Shown: in pieces, positions 36,962 through 48,859 of the stretch
Layout: each line of letters starts with the position of its first letter
How positions within the stretch are numbered: position 1 is the first letter of the stretch
NCBI GenBank assembly: GCA_035063585.1
Contig: JAPSGB010000008.1
Coordinates: 160,001 to 224,000, forward strand
Origin: Polyangiaceae bacterium
GTDB taxonomy: Bacteria; Myxococcota_A; Polyangia; Polyangiales; Polyangiaceae
Direction of reading: 5' to 3'
Length of the DNA stretch: 64,000 nt
Position numbers and translations under genes: made by a program
The notes under the pieces: model-generated
The model's input: only the letters and a program-made list of their open reading frames with translations
Told to the model about the DNA's origin: nothing
Databases searched by the model: none

Positions 36962-37807
36962 ATGGGCCGAACCTTCGAGGTGCCGCCCCGCTTGCCGCTC
37001 GACGAGCAGCGCGGGCAGAGCTTCCCCAAGCTCGTCGAGCTGATGCAGCGGCTGCTCGCCCCGGAGGGCTGCCCGTGGGACCGCGAGCAGGATTTCGCCT
37101 CGCTTCGGCGCTACGTGCTGGAGGAGGCCTGCGAGGTCATCGACGCGATCGATGGTGGGGAGCGGCGCGACCTCGAAGAGGAGCTCGGCGATCTCGCGCT
37201 CCAGGTCGTGTTCCTCGGGGAGCTCGCGCGCGCCGAGGGCTCGTTCGGTCCCGACGACGTCATCCGGGGCATCGTCGAGAAGTTGGTCCGTCGCCACCCG
37301 CACGTGTTCGGCGACGTGGACGTCTCTGGAAGCGAAGACGTGCTCCGGAACTGGGAGCTCATCAAGCAGGAAGAGAAGCGTGACCGCCCGCTGCTCGCCG
37401 GGGTGCCGCGCTCGCTCCCGGCGCTCCACCGCGCCCAGCGCATGAGCGAGAAGGTGAGCCGCGTCGGCTTCGATTGGCCCGACGGGCGCGGTTCGCGCGA
37501 CAAGGTGAGCGAGGAGCTCGCCGAGCTCGACGAGGCCATCGAGGGCGGCGACCCCGCCCGCATCGAGCACGAGCTCGGCGACATTCTCTTCGCGCTCGTG
37601 AACCTCGCCCGCCACCACGGGCTCGACGCCGAGATCGCGCTGAGAAGGACGGGTGATCGCTTCGCGGCGCGCTTCGCGCACGTCGAGCGACGCGTGAAGG
37701 ACGCGCACGGCGGCTGGCCTCGCGGCGCGGACGGCAAGCCGGGCGCGGGGCTCCCGCTCGACGAGCTCGACGGGTACTGGCAAGCAGCCAAGGCGGTCGA
37801 GTCGTGA
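36962..37807 (+). CDS. mazG: Nucleoside triphosphate pyrophosphohydrolase MazG
   Basis: GCPWDREQ, EELGD, KLVRRHPHVF, GFDW, second ELGD. Confidence 0.96.
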   Translation: MGRTFEVPPRLPLDEQRGQSFPKLVELMQRLLAPEGCPWDREQDFASLRRYVLEEACEVIDAIDGGERRDLEEELGDLALQVVFLGELARAEGSFGPDDVIRGIVEKLVRRHPHVFGDVDVSGSEDVLRNWELIKQEEKRDRPLLAGVPRSLPALHRAQRMSEKVSRVGFDWPDGRGSRDKVSEELAELDEAIEGGDPARIEHELGDILFALVNLARHHGLDAEIALRRTGDRFAARFAHVERRVKDAHGGWPRGADGKPGAGLPLDELDGYWQAAKAVES

Positions 37808-38973
37808 GCGCGCTGCATCCGGTCGCGCGCTTGCCCGACGAGTGGCGCGCTGCGCTCGACGCGGAGGGTGAGCGCCCGTTTCGCGCGTCGCAGATCTTCG
37901 CCTGGATTCACCAGCGCGGCGTGATGGACCCGGCCGGGATGACCAACCTGCCGCTGGCGCTCCGCGAGAAGCTCGCCGCCGCGGGGCTCGCCGAGCCGGC
38001 GCGGGTGGTCGAGGCTCACCGCGCCGCGGACGGCACGCGCAAGCTCATCCTCGAGATGACCGACGGGGCTCGGATCGAGTGCGTGCTGATTCGCATGACG
38101 CGCCTCGGCGACGGGGAGGACGCCGACGTCGCCGCCGCCGATGACGATGGCGAGGATGACGACGAGCCGCGCTCGACGGCGCCGAAGACGCGGGTCACGC
38201 TCTGCATCTCGACGCAATTCGGCTGCGCGATGGGCTGCTCGTTCTGCGCGAGCGGTCGCGCGGGCTTGGTGCGCGGGCTCTCCGCCGCCGAGATCGTCGC
38301 GCAGGTGCTCGTGGCGCGGCGGCACCTCGACTCCGACGAGCGGCTCCGGAACCTGGTCTTCATGGGTATGGGTGAGCCGCTCCACCACTACGACGAGACC
38401 GCGCGCGCGCTACGGCTGCTCACCCACCCGGAGGGCGGCGGCATGAGCCCGCGCCGGATTACCGTGAGCACCGTGGGGCTGGTGCCCGGCATCGAGCGTC
38501 TCGGCCGGGATTTCGGCGGCAAGATCGGCCTCGCGCTCTCGCTCCACGCCCCCGACGACGCGACCCGCGAGCGCATCGTCCCGATGAACCGGAGCTACCC
38601 GGTGGCGGCGCTGATGAAGGCGCTCCGCGCCTATCCGCTCCCCGCTCGCCGGCGGATCACCATCGAGTACACGCTCATCGACGGCGTCAACGACTCGCTC
38701 GCGCACGCCGCGCGCCTCGCGGCGCTGCTCGCCGGGCTCCGCGTCAAGGTGAACCTCATCCCCATGAACCCCATCGACGACTCGCCGCTCCGCGCGGCGT
38801 CGCGAGCGCAGGTGAGCGCCTTCCGCGAGGCGCTCGCCGACCGGGGGCTGTCGTGCTTCGTTCGCGCGCGGCGTGGCGACGACGTGAGCGCGGCCTGCGG
38901 TCAGCTCGCCTTCAAGGGGGAGGAGCCGGTCCAGCTCCGCTCGGCTCGCTCGAGGCCCGCGCCGGAGGGTTGA
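37804..38973 (+). CDS. rlmN: Dual-specificity RNA methyltransferase RlmN (radical SAM)
   Basis: CISTQFGCAMGCSFC, MGMGEP, SLHA, AACGQL. Confidence 0.95.
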   Translation: MSALHPVARLPDEWRAALDAEGERPFRASQIFAWIHQRGVMDPAGMTNLPLALREKLAAAGLAEPARVVEAHRAADGTRKLILEMTDGARIECVLIRMTRLGDGEDADVAAADDDGEDDDEPRSTAPKTRVTLCISTQFGCAMGCSFCASGRAGLVRGLSAAEIVAQVLVARRHLDSDERLRNLVFMGMGEPLHHYDETARALRLLTHPEGGGMSPRRITVSTVGLVPGIERLGRDFGGKIGLALSLHAPDDATRERIVPMNRSYPVAALMKALRAYPLPARRRITIEYTLIDGVNDSLAHAARLAALLAGLRVKVNLIPMNPIDDSPLRAASRAQVSAFREALADRGLSCFVRARRGDDVSAACGQLAFKGEEPVQLRSARSRPAPEG

Positions 38974-39005
38974 CGCGCGGGGGCTCGTGCGCGACGACTC
39001 CGTTC

Positions 39006-40391
39006 GTGTTCAAGAAGGTCCTGGTCGCCAACCGAGGAGAGATAGCCTGTCGCGTGCTCCGCACCTGCGAGCGCATGGGCATCCGCACGGTCGCCGTGTT
39101 CTCCGACGCCGACGCACGCGCCCCGCACATCTCGCTCGCCGACGAGGCCATCAACGTCGGGCCACCGCCCGTGAAGGATAGCTACCTCAGCATCGAAAAC
39201 TTGATCGCTGCCGTAAAGCAGACGGGCGCGGACGCCGTGCACCCGGGTTACGGGCTGCTCAGCGAGAAGCGTGCCTTCGCCGAGGCCGTGGCGGGCGCGG
39301 GCGCGACCTTCGTCGGGCCGCCGCCCGAGGCGCTCGAGGCCTTCGGGGACAAGATCAAGGCGCGCGCGGTCGGGCGTAGCGTGGGCGTGATGCCGCCGCC
39401 CGGTAGCGAGGGCCCCATCGATCCGAACGATCTCGTGCGCCTCGACGCCGAGGCCGCGCGTATCGGGTATCCGGTGCTCATCAAGGCGGCCGGCGGCGGC
39501 GGCGGCATCGGGATGCAGGTCGTGACCGAGCCCGGGCAAATCGAGCGCGCCGCCCGTTCCTGCTCGGATCGCGGGCGCGCGGCCTTCGGCGATGAGCGCG
39601 TGTACCTCGAGCGTTATCTCGCCGAGCCCCGGCACATCGAGGTGCAGATCTTCCGGGATGCGCACGGTCACACGGTCGCGCTCGGTGAGCGCGAGTGTAG
39701 CGTCCAGCGCCGCCACCAGAAGATCATCGAGGAGTCGCCCTCGCCGGCGGCGTTCTTCGCCGAGCCTGGCAAGCGGGAGCGGCTCTGGGCCGACGCGGTG
39801 CGGGTGGTCGACGCGGTCGGCTATCTCGGCGCCGGGACGGTGGAGTTCGTGGCCGATCACTCGGGGGCGCTCTATTTCCTGGAGGTCAACGCGCGCCTCC
39901 AGGTCGAGCACCCGGTCACCGAGCTCGTCACCGGGCTCGATCTGGTGGAGCTTCAGCTCCGGGTCGCCGCCGGCGAGCCGCTGCCCGAGGCTGCGCGCGC
40001 GCCGCGCTTCAGCGGTCACGCGGTCGAGGCGCGCGTCTACGCGGAGGATCCCTCGAAGCTGTTCGTGCCCCAGCCGGGTCATATCGAGGAGCTCGCGTGG
40101 CCGAGCGGCCTCCCTGGCGTGCGCATCGATGCGGGCGTCGCCCAGGGGAACGAGGTCACTCCGTTCTACGACCCCATGCTCGCGAAGGTCATCGCGCACG
40201 GCGACAGCCGCGAGGAAGCCATTCGGCGGCTCGACGCCGCCCTCGCGGGGACGCGACTCGTCCTGATGGGGCCCAAGGGGCCGCGCGCGACCAACCTCGG
40301 CTTCCTGCGGCGCGTCCTCGCCGACCCGCGGTTCGCCGAGGGTCGCTACGACACGAGGCTCGCCGAGGAGCTCGCTCGCGCGAAGGGATGA
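39006..40391 (+). CDS. Biotin carboxylase subunit of an acyl-CoA carboxylase
   Basis: ANRGEIA, HPGYG, GGGGIGM, ERECSVQRRHQK, EVNARLQVEHPVTE, YDPMLAK. No fused BCCP domain. Confidence 0.93.
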   Translation: MFKKVLVANRGEIACRVLRTCERMGIRTVAVFSDADARAPHISLADEAINVGPPPVKDSYLSIENLIAAVKQTGADAVHPGYGLLSEKRAFAEAVAGAGATFVGPPPEALEAFGDKIKARAVGRSVGVMPPPGSEGPIDPNDLVRLDAEAARIGYPVLIKAAGGGGGIGMQVVTEPGQIERAARSCSDRGRAAFGDERVYLERYLAEPRHIEVQIFRDAHGHTVALGERECSVQRRHQKIIEESPSPAAFFAEPGKRERLWADAVRVVDAVGYLGAGTVEFVADHSGALYFLEVNARLQVEHPVTELVTGLDLVELQLRVAAGEPLPEAARAPRFSGHAVEARVYAEDPSKLFVPQPGHIEELAWPSGLPGVRIDAGVAQGNEVTPFYDPMLAKVIAHGDSREEAIRRLDAALAGTRLVLMGPKGPRATNLGFLRRVLADPRFAEGRYDTRLAEELARAKG

Positions 40392-40508
40392 TGGAGGGGC
40401 GGCGCGGCCGGCGGCGCGGTCCGCCCGGCGCGTTTCGGCTGGCGCGGGGCCGGAGTCAGCCGCGCCGGGGTGCGAGCCGGGCGGGAGCGAGCGTATGCTT
40501 CGCGCATC

Positions 40509-42239
40509 ATGAAGAGCGAGACTGACCTCATGGACCAGGCGCGAGCCTGGGTCGCTGGCGATCCGGACCCTCGAACGCGCGCCGAGCTCTCGGCGTTGGT
40601 CGAGGCCGGGGAGCTCGCCGAGCTCACCGAGCGGATGCACGCGCCGCTCGAGTTCGGCACCGCCGGGCTCCGCGGCATCGTCGGAGCCGGCCAGAACCGG
40701 ATGAACCGCGCCGTCATCATCCGCACCACGCGCGGGCTGGCCGACTACTTGCTCGCGCACGAGCCGGACGCGAGGAGCCGCCCGGTGGTGGTCGGCTTCG
40801 ACGGGCGACTCACGAGCCGGGAGTTCGCCGAGGACACGCTCGGCGTGCTCACCGCGGCCGGGCTTACCGTGCGCTATTTCGACGCGCCGGTCCCGACCCC
40901 GATGGTGGCCTACGCGGTGCGGAAGCTCGCGGCGGTGGCAGGGATCGTGATCACGGCGAGCCACAACCCGCCCGAGTACAACGGCTACAAGGTGTACGCC
41001 TCGAACGGCGCGCAGATCATCCCTCCGGTCGACGCGCTCATCGCCGGAGCGATCGCGCGGGTCGGCGCCGCGGCGGCCGTCCCGCGGAGCGCGGGCGCGC
41101 TCGACCTGCGGCGCGATCACTGCGAGGCGGTTCCGCACGAGCTCTTCGAGGCCTATCTCGCGGAGCTCGACGCCATCCGCCCGAAGCTCGACGTCGAGCG
41201 TGACTTTGCCATCGTCTACACGCCGCTCCACGGCGTCGGCTGGCGCTATGCCGCCGAGGCGTTCGCGCACGCCTCGTACCACCGGGTCGAGGTGGTAGCC
41301 GAGCAGGCCGAGCCTGATGGAAACTTTCCAACGGTCCGTTTCCCGAATCCGGAGGAGCCCGGAGCTCTCGAGCTGGCCAAGGCTCTCGCGAGCGAGCGCG
41401 GCGCCGAGCTGGTCGTCGCCAACGATCCGGACGCCGATCGGCTCGCGGTGTGCGTGCCGGCGCCAGGGGGCGGCTTCAAGCAGCTCACCGGCAACCAGGT
41501 CGGGCTGCTCCTTGCGGACTTCATGCTCGAGCACGCGCCGGGCGGGGTGAGGCCGCTGGTCATCTCGAGCATCGTGTCCTCGCCGATGCTCGGCGACGTG
41601 GCGCGGGCCTACGGAGCGCGCTTCGAGCAGACGCTCACCGGCTTCAAATGGATCTGGAACGCCGCGCTCGAGCTCGAGCGCGGCGGCGAGGGCACTTTCG
41701 TGTTCGGCTACGAGGAGGCCCTCGGGTACTCGGTCGGGCCCCTGGTACGAGACAAGGACGGGATCAGCGCGGCCGTCATGTTCGCGGATCTCGCTCGAGC
41801 TTGCGCGGCGCGCGGGGAGAGCGTGCTCGAGCGGCTCGCCGGGCTCTATCGCCGCCACGGGCTCTGGGTGAGCCTCCAGAAGAGCGTGGTCCGCCCCGGG
41901 ACCGAGGGCCACGCGGAGATCGCTCGCGCGATGGATCGTCTCGGGCGCGCGACACCGCGCGAGCTCTCGGGGCACCGCGTGTCGCGCGCGACCGACTACC
42001 GGAGCGGCGGCGCGGAGCGCCCTCGCTACCTCCCCGACACGAGCCTCGTCGCGCTCGCGCTCGAGGGTGGGAGCCGGGTGCTGGTTCGCCCGAGTGGAAC
42101 CGAGCCGAAGCTCAAGATTTACGTCGACTTGCGGATGGCGCTCGCGGCCGGAGCCGACCTCGCCGAGCTCGAGGCGCGCGCCCTCCGCGAGGCTGCCGGC
42201 CTAGCGGCCGCGATGATTGGCTTCCTCGAGCTGGGCTGA
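40509..42239 (+). CDS. Phosphomannomutase/phosphoglucomutase family protein
   Basis: FGTAGLRG, TASHNP, DPDADR, GYEEA, RPSGTEPKLK. Confidence 0.95.
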   Translation: MKSETDLMDQARAWVAGDPDPRTRAELSALVEAGELAELTERMHAPLEFGTAGLRGIVGAGQNRMNRAVIIRTTRGLADYLLAHEPDARSRPVVVGFDGRLTSREFAEDTLGVLTAAGLTVRYFDAPVPTPMVAYAVRKLAAVAGIVITASHNPPEYNGYKVYASNGAQIIPPVDALIAGAIARVGAAAAVPRSAGALDLRRDHCEAVPHELFEAYLAELDAIRPKLDVERDFAIVYTPLHGVGWRYAAEAFAHASYHRVEVVAEQAEPDGNFPTVRFPNPEEPGALELAKALASERGAELVVANDPDADRLAVCVPAPGGGFKQLTGNQVGLLLADFMLEHAPGGVRPLVISSIVSSPMLGDVARAYGARFEQTLTGFKWIWNAALELERGGEGTFVFGYEEALGYSVGPLVRDKDGISAAVMFADLARACAARGESVLERLAGLYRRHGLWVSLQKSVVRPGTEGHAEIARAMDRLGRATPRELSGHRVSRATDYRSGGAERPRYLPDTSLVALALEGGSRVLVRPSGTEPKLKIYVDLRMALAAGADLAELEARALREAAGLAAAMIGFLELG

Positions 42240-42259
42240 CAGGGGTAGCCTCGGAGGCC

Positions 42260-42919
42260 ATGCGAGTCCTCGTCATGGCCACGGTCGGCGCCGCGCTCCT
42301 CTTCGGCAGTTCGCGCGCCCATGCTCAAGACACCTTCGGCGCGAAAGGTGCCGCGGCCTTCGGCGCGGATCGGCTCTTCTCCATCCACTCGACGCACGTC
42401 TCTTCCGATACCGACGGCGGCTCCGTGTCCCAGACCTTCACGGGGATAGGCTTTGCCTGGAACGGCCCGACACAACCGAGCCCTTATGACGTCCCACGCC
42501 TCGGGTTCGACTACTTCCTCTTCGATCACTTCAGCCTGGGAGGGTCGCTCGCGTACGCGAGCTTGTCGTGGGAGGAGCCGGCCGGAAACGGTCAGTCGGT
42601 GAGCCGGAGCGGAAGCGCCTTCCTCCTCGCGCCCCGGGTGGGCTACGTCTGGATGTTCTCGGGCTCGGTCGGCTTCTGGCTGCGCGGTGGGCTCTCGTAC
42701 CACAGCTACGCCTACTCGAACCTGAACGCCGATGAGCGCGGGCTCGGCCTCTCGGCAGAGGGCACCTTCGTGTTTGCGCCGACCAGCCATTTCGCCTTCA
42801 CGCTCGGCCCGAGCCTCGACCTCGATCTCTTCGGCTCCTACGACGACGGTGACGGCCACAGCCTCGACCGGCTCTATCGGGTGATCGGGGTCCAGGTCGG
42901 GCTGCTCGGCTGGCTCTGA
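42260..42919 (+). CDS. Small outer-membrane beta-barrel protein
   Basis: GGAGG RBS, signal peptide MRVLVMATVG...AHAQ, alternating aromatic strands, ends GLLGWL. Confidence 0.7.
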   Translation: MRVLVMATVGAALLFGSSRAHAQDTFGAKGAAAFGADRLFSIHSTHVSSDTDGGSVSQTFTGIGFAWNGPTQPSPYDVPRLGFDYFLFDHFSLGGSLAYASLSWEEPAGNGQSVSRSGSAFLLAPRVGYVWMFSGSVGFWLRGGLSYHSYAYSNLNADERGLGLSAEGTFVFAPTSHFAFTLGPSLDLDLFGSYDDGDGHSLDRLYRVIGVQVGLLGWL

Positions 42920-42948
42920 GCGCCTCCCACCCGCTCGCGCGGCGAAGC

Positions 42949-44229
42949 TCAATCCGCGTCGAACGCGACCGTCTCGGCGTGCGAGAGCCCGGCGATCGCG
43001 TCGCGGACGGCGCCACCGATGCGCGCCTCGGTGCCGACCACGGTGACCACCAAGTCGTCCTCCGAGATCCGCGCGCGGACGGCCGCGTTGGCCTCCTCGA
43101 GGGTGACCGCCTGGACGTGCTTGGTGTAGTCGGCGTGATATCCGGCGGGGAGCTCGTGGAGGCGCTCGTCGAGCGCGAGAGAGACTCGCTTCGACGCCGT
43201 ATCAATCGCGAAGGCGTGGGAGCGCACGAGGTAGCGCTTGGCCCAGGCGAGCTCCCGCTTCGTGATCCCACGCTCGCGCCAGGCGTGCAGCAAGTCGAGC
43301 TCGAGCGCGATGCAGGGCGCGGCGTCCTCCGCCTTCGGGAAGGTCCACATGCTGAACGCCTGGCGCGCGCGATCGTAGGGCAAGCTCGAGTACGCGCCGT
43401 ACGACCAGCCGCGCTTCGAGCGGACCTCCTCGGTGAGTCGCGCGGTGAAGGTGCCCCCGAAGACGGTGTTGGCGACGTGGAGCGCGATGTGGTCGGAGTC
43501 ATGCGGATGCGACCCGAGCCCGCCGATCAGGATCTGCGTCTGGGTGCGCTCTGGCTTGTCCACGAAGACGAGCCGCCGTCCGCGCGGCCCGACCGGCGCC
43601 GGAGTCGCGAGGCTCGGCGCATCGACGCGAGCCGTGGCTCCCGCTAGGCGCTCGGCGAGCCGCTCGGCCGCCTCTCGATCGACGTCGCCGGCCAGGGCGA
43701 AGAGGAGCGCTCGCCCGCGGAGCGTGCGCTCGAAGTGCGCGCGAATATCCGCGGGCTCGATGGACTCGATGCTCGGGATGGTCCCGCTCACCGAGCGCCC
43801 GTAGGGATGGCCGGCAAAGACCGCGCGATTGAACCAGCGGCGCGCGAGCGCACGGTCGTTGTCGCGGGACTCCACGATGTCGCTCTGCGTCTCGCGCTTG
43901 AGCCGGCCGAGCTCCTCCTCCGAGAACCCGGGGCGGTTCAGCACGTCCGCGAAGAGCTCGACGAACGGCTCGAGCGAGCGAGCGATGACCGCGCCGCTGA
44001 AGGCGACCGAGCTCGGAGCTGCGTCGATCCCGAGCGAGCCGCCGAGGGCGTCGATGCGCTCGTCGAGCTCTCGAGGCGCGAGTCCGGCCGCGGTGCGCCT
44101 CATCAGCCGGGCGACCAGCCGGGTGAGCCCCTCCTTACCGGGAGGATCGGTGAGCGAGCCTGGGAGCGCCGCCGCGGTCATGCCCACCAGCGGCAGCGCG
44201 TGGCTGGTCTCGACGAGGACGTTCTTCAT
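42949..44229 (-). CDS. M16B peptidase, non-catalytic subunit
   Basis: M16 fold with RLVAR in place of HxxEH; RLTEEVRSKRGWSYG R/Y pair. Confidence 0.85.
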   Translation of the reverse strand: MKNVLVETSHALPLVGMTAAALPGSLTDPPGKEGLTRLVARLMRRTAAGLAPRELDERIDALGGSLGIDAAPSSVAFSGAVIARSLEPFVELFADVLNRPGFSEEELGRLKRETQSDIVESRDNDRALARRWFNRAVFAGHPYGRSVSGTIPSIESIEPADIRAHFERTLRGRALLFALAGDVDREAAERLAERLAGATARVDAPSLATPAPVGPRGRRLVFVDKPERTQTQILIGGLGSHPHDSDHIALHVANTVFGGTFTARLTEEVRSKRGWSYGAYSSLPYDRARQAFSMWTFPKAEDAAPCIALELDLLHAWRERGITKRELAWAKRYLVRSHAFAIDTASKRVSLALDERLHELPAGYHADYTKHVQAVTLEEANAAVRARISEDDLVVTVVGTEARIGGAVRDAIAGLSHAETVAFDAD

Positions 44230-45593
44230 CGGGCTGTCTCCTCGCTCGCTCCCGCTTGGGCGCGGACGATCACGATGCTGCGCTGCTCCGGCGTGAGGTA
44301 TCGCCGAGCCGCCCGGCGGAGATCGCTCGGGTCGACCGCTCGGGCGGCCTCCATGCGCTCGAAGGCCGCCGCCGGACGACCGAGGACGGTGTCATAAAAC
44401 CCGATCGTCGAGGCCTTGCCGTCGGCCGTCTCGAGGCTCGAGACGAGCGAGAGCTCCATGCGGGCTTGCGCGCGCGCGAGCTCCTCGGTGGGCACCGGCT
44501 GCTCGCGGATCCGCGCGAGCTCCTCATCGACGACCTCGAGCAGCGCCTCTGCGCGGTGCCGGCCGCGAGCCGAGACGAAGAGCTCGGTCAGGCTCGGATC
44601 GCGGAACGGGCCCACGAAGATGCGCGCGTCGCTCGCCAGCTCGAGCTCCTGAATCAGCCGCCGATGGATGCGGCTCGCACGTCCGCCGAGCAGGAGCTCC
44701 GCGAGCACGGCCATCGCCGGGTGGTCGAAGTCTCCGAGCGCGGGGGAGCGATAGCCGATGATGAGCTTCTCGGTCGCGGTCGGCTTGGTCACCTCCACGC
44801 GCCGTTCGCTCGTCTGGGGCGGCTCCGGGACGGCCTCTTCGACCGGAAGCGCCGAGGGCTCGAGCGCGCCGTAGGAGGTCGAGAGCTTCTCGAGCAACCG
44901 CGGGAGCGAGAGATCCCCCACCACGACCACCGTGGCGTTGTTCGGCGCGTAGTACGTCCGGTAGAAGTCGGCGCAGTCGGCGGTGGTGAAGCCCTCGATG
45001 TCCGCCATCCAGCCGATGGTCGGCCAGCGATACGCGTGGCGCTCGAACGCGGTCGACCAAAGTAGCTCGCTCGCCGCGCTCTCGACGTCGTCCTCGACGC
45101 GGTAGCGCCGCTCGTTCGCGACCACGTCCTTCTCGGCCTGCACCTGCGGCTCCTCGAGCACCAGGTGCGCCATCCGCTCGGCCTCCAGCGCGACGACCAG
45201 GCCGAGCTGCTCGCGCGGGATGGCGATGTTGTAGTGCGTCCAGTCGAGCCAGGTGGCCGCGTTGCTCTCCGCGCCGGCCTCCTCGAGCTTCCGATCGAAC
45301 TCGCCCTCCGCCAGGTTCTCGGTCTGGCGGAACATCAGGTGCTCGAAGAGGTGGGCGAGCCCGGTCTTTCCGACGCGCTCGTGGCGGGAGCCGACTCGAT
45401 ACCAGGTGTGATAGGCGACCACCGGCGCCGAGTGATCCTCGCACACCAAGATGGTGAGACCGTTCTTCAGCCGAAACCGCTCGATGGTGAGCGCGGCGCC
45501 GAACGGGATGGAGCCCAGGTGCTCGACCGCGCCCCAGGGCGGCGCGTTGGAGTTCAGCTTGGCGAGACGCTCTCCGCGCATGGCCTCTCGCAT
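44226..45593 (-). CDS. M16B zinc peptidase, catalytic subunit
   Basis: GLAHLFEHLMF, NAATWLDWTHY, YYAPNNA. Confidence 0.92.
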   Translation of the reverse strand: MREAMRGERLAKLNSNAPPWGAVEHLGSIPFGAALTIERFRLKNGLTILVCEDHSAPVVAYHTWYRVGSRHERVGKTGLAHLFEHLMFRQTENLAEGEFDRKLEEAGAESNAATWLDWTHYNIAIPREQLGLVVALEAERMAHLVLEEPQVQAEKDVVANERRYRVEDDVESAASELLWSTAFERHAYRWPTIGWMADIEGFTTADCADFYRTYYAPNNATVVVVGDLSLPRLLEKLSTSYGALEPSALPVEEAVPEPPQTSERRVEVTKPTATEKLIIGYRSPALGDFDHPAMAVLAELLLGGRASRIHRRLIQELELASDARIFVGPFRDPSLTELFVSARGRHRAEALLEVVDEELARIREQPVPTEELARAQARMELSLVSSLETADGKASTIGFYDTVLGRPAAAFERMEAARAVDPSDLRRAARRYLTPEQRSIVIVRAQAGASEETAR

Positions 45594-45614
45594 AGCGGCA
45601 ATCTCCGGGCGGCG

Positions 45615-47417
<1,803 letters not shown>

Positions 47418-47552
47418 GAAACGCACGCGTCGCCGGCGGAGCGGGGCGCCCTCTCTAGCACTAGCCGGCGGGACCCGCCCAGCCGCGCCGACCCGGACCC
47501 TCGGGTGGTGGTCGACGCGACCTGACGGGTGCCGCGCGTACCCGAGGCCCGC

Positions 47553-47756
47553 TCAAGCCTTCTTGCTGGTTCGCGCGGCGGCGTCAGCGAGGCTCATCTG
47601 GCCTGGGAGCTCGTGCGCGTAGCGCTCGAGCACGAGATCGATCCCTTCGCGAATGTAGACCGCCACCGGCACGTTGGTGCGGTTATGCAGAAGGTGTAGG
47701 CGCTCGTTCTGCTCCGGAGTGATGTAGACCGTGGTCGAGATCTTCTTGCGTGCCAT
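47553..47756 (-). CDS. Ribbon-helix-helix DNA-binding protein
   Basis: STTVYI beta strand, two helices, IREGIDLVL. Confidence 0.82.
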   Translation of the reverse strand: MARKKISTTVYITPEQNERLHLLHNRTNVPVAVYIREGIDLVLERYAHELPGQMSLADAAARTSKKA

Positions 47757-47772
47757 CGTCTTCCCGTGCGGA

Positions 47773-47820
47773 GCCTGACCTGCCTGACGTTACAATAGCT
47801 TCCCATACGTGCGGTGTCAA
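47773..47820 (-). promoter_or_regulatory. Sigma70-like promoter TTGACA-N17-TATTGT for the RHH gene, with GTCAGGC direct repeats near +1
   Basis: Minus-strand -35 at 47820-47815 and -10 at 47797-47792; GCCTGAC at 47773-47779 and 47782-47788. Confidence 0.68.
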
Positions 47821-47845
47821 TCGCGCAATCACTCGGAAGGCACGA

Positions 47846-47863
47846 GATTTTACTAGTAAAATC
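47846..47863. promoter_or_regulatory. Perfect 18-bp AT-rich palindrome GATTTTACTAGTAAAATC (putative operator)
   Basis: Exact self-complementarity, located in a divergent intergenic region. Confidence 0.6.
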
Positions 47864-48070
47864 AACAGTATAGCCAATTCTTGCGCGCTGCGCGCCCCGG
47901 CTCTCGCGGCGGCTCCACGAGCCTCATTTTCGGGGCGCATCGGCGGCCTTGTCACGAAGCGGCCGGACGCCTAGGATCGCCCCTGCCGCGCCGTGGTCGT
48001 GGCGGGAGCGGAGCGCTCTCCGGTGGCGACCCGCCCTGGACGGCCCGCTTCATGTGGTGAGAGGGCTTTC

Positions 48071-48859
48071 ATGACGATATTCACCCGCCCGAGGGGTTCC
48101 GGCTTACTTCCTCCGTTGCTGCTCGGGCTGCTGGTAACGGCGTTCCAGTCTGGGTGTAGTGCTTCGGTCAACACGGGAGCGCAGTCCCCCGACGGTCGAG
48201 TCACGCGCCGCGACACTCGGATCCAGCACGAGCCGTGCGACATCGAGAGCGCCGGGACCGAGAAGATCGACGTCAACGGCGACGGGCGCCCGGACATCTA
48301 CATCGTCAAGAGCAGCGGCAAGGAGCTATGCCGCGCGGTCGATCTCAACTTCGACGGGCACCTCGACACCTGGTCGTATCGAGACGGCGCCGGGCAGCTC
48401 CGGCGGCGCGAGTCGGACTACGATCGCGACGGGCGGGTCGACGAGATCTCGATCTACAAGGGAGGGGCGCTCGTCGAGATGTATCGCGCCACCACCTTGG
48501 CCGGCAAGCTCGACACCTGGCAGTTCTACGAGGGCGGCAAGCTGGTCCGCGCCGAGCGAGACTCGGACGGCGACGCCGTCGTCGACCAATGGTGGGAGTA
48601 CCCGCCGACCAACAAGCCCGGCTGCCCGCTCATACACTCGGACCTCGACGGAGACGGCCGGCCCGACCCGGGCGCGACGGTCGACATCTGCAAGGACGCC
48701 GGCTACGTGCCGCCGGAGCGCTCGGAGCCGCGGGAGCCGACCAGCCCGGACTTCTCGCGGCCGGGCTCGCTTCCGACCGAGGTCTCGAGTGAGCCGGCGG
48801 GTGCCGGGGCGAGCGGCGCGCCGACCACCCCGGCGACGGACGAGAAAGGCAGCAAGTGA
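48071..48859 (+). CDS. Lipoprotein with repeated Dx[DN]xDGxxD motifs
   Basis: Lipobox-like QSGC-S; DVNGDGRPD, DLNFDGHLD, DYDRDGRVD, DSDGDAVVD, DLDGDGRPD. Confidence 0.75.
   Translation: MTIFTRPRGSGLLPPLLLGLLVTAFQSGCSASVNTGAQSPDGRVTRRDTRIQHEPCDIESAGTEKIDVNGDGRPDIYIVKSSGKELCRAVDLNFDGHLDTWSYRDGAGQLRRRESDYDRDGRVDEISIYKGGALVEMYRATTLAGKLDTWQFYEGGKLVRAERDSDGDAVVDQWWEYPPTNKPGCPLIHSDLDGDGRPDPGATVDICKDAGYVPPERSEPREPTSPDFSRPGSLPTEVSSEPAGAGASGAPTTPATDEKGSK

Noticed and set aside
41450..42259. Upstream part of the 489-aa ORF
   Set aside because: Overlaps the phosphomannomutase gene; the real start is ATG 42260, which has an RBS and a signal peptide.
42949..45593. M16 gene lacking HxxEH as a pseudogene or novelty
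   Set aside because: Catalytic plus non-catalytic M16B heterodimer pairs are well known, and the ORF is intact.
47838..47875. Possible dif, parS or sigma54 site
   Set aside because: No XerD arm (TTATGTTAAAT) or parS consensus; GGCACG is not followed by a correctly spaced TTGC.
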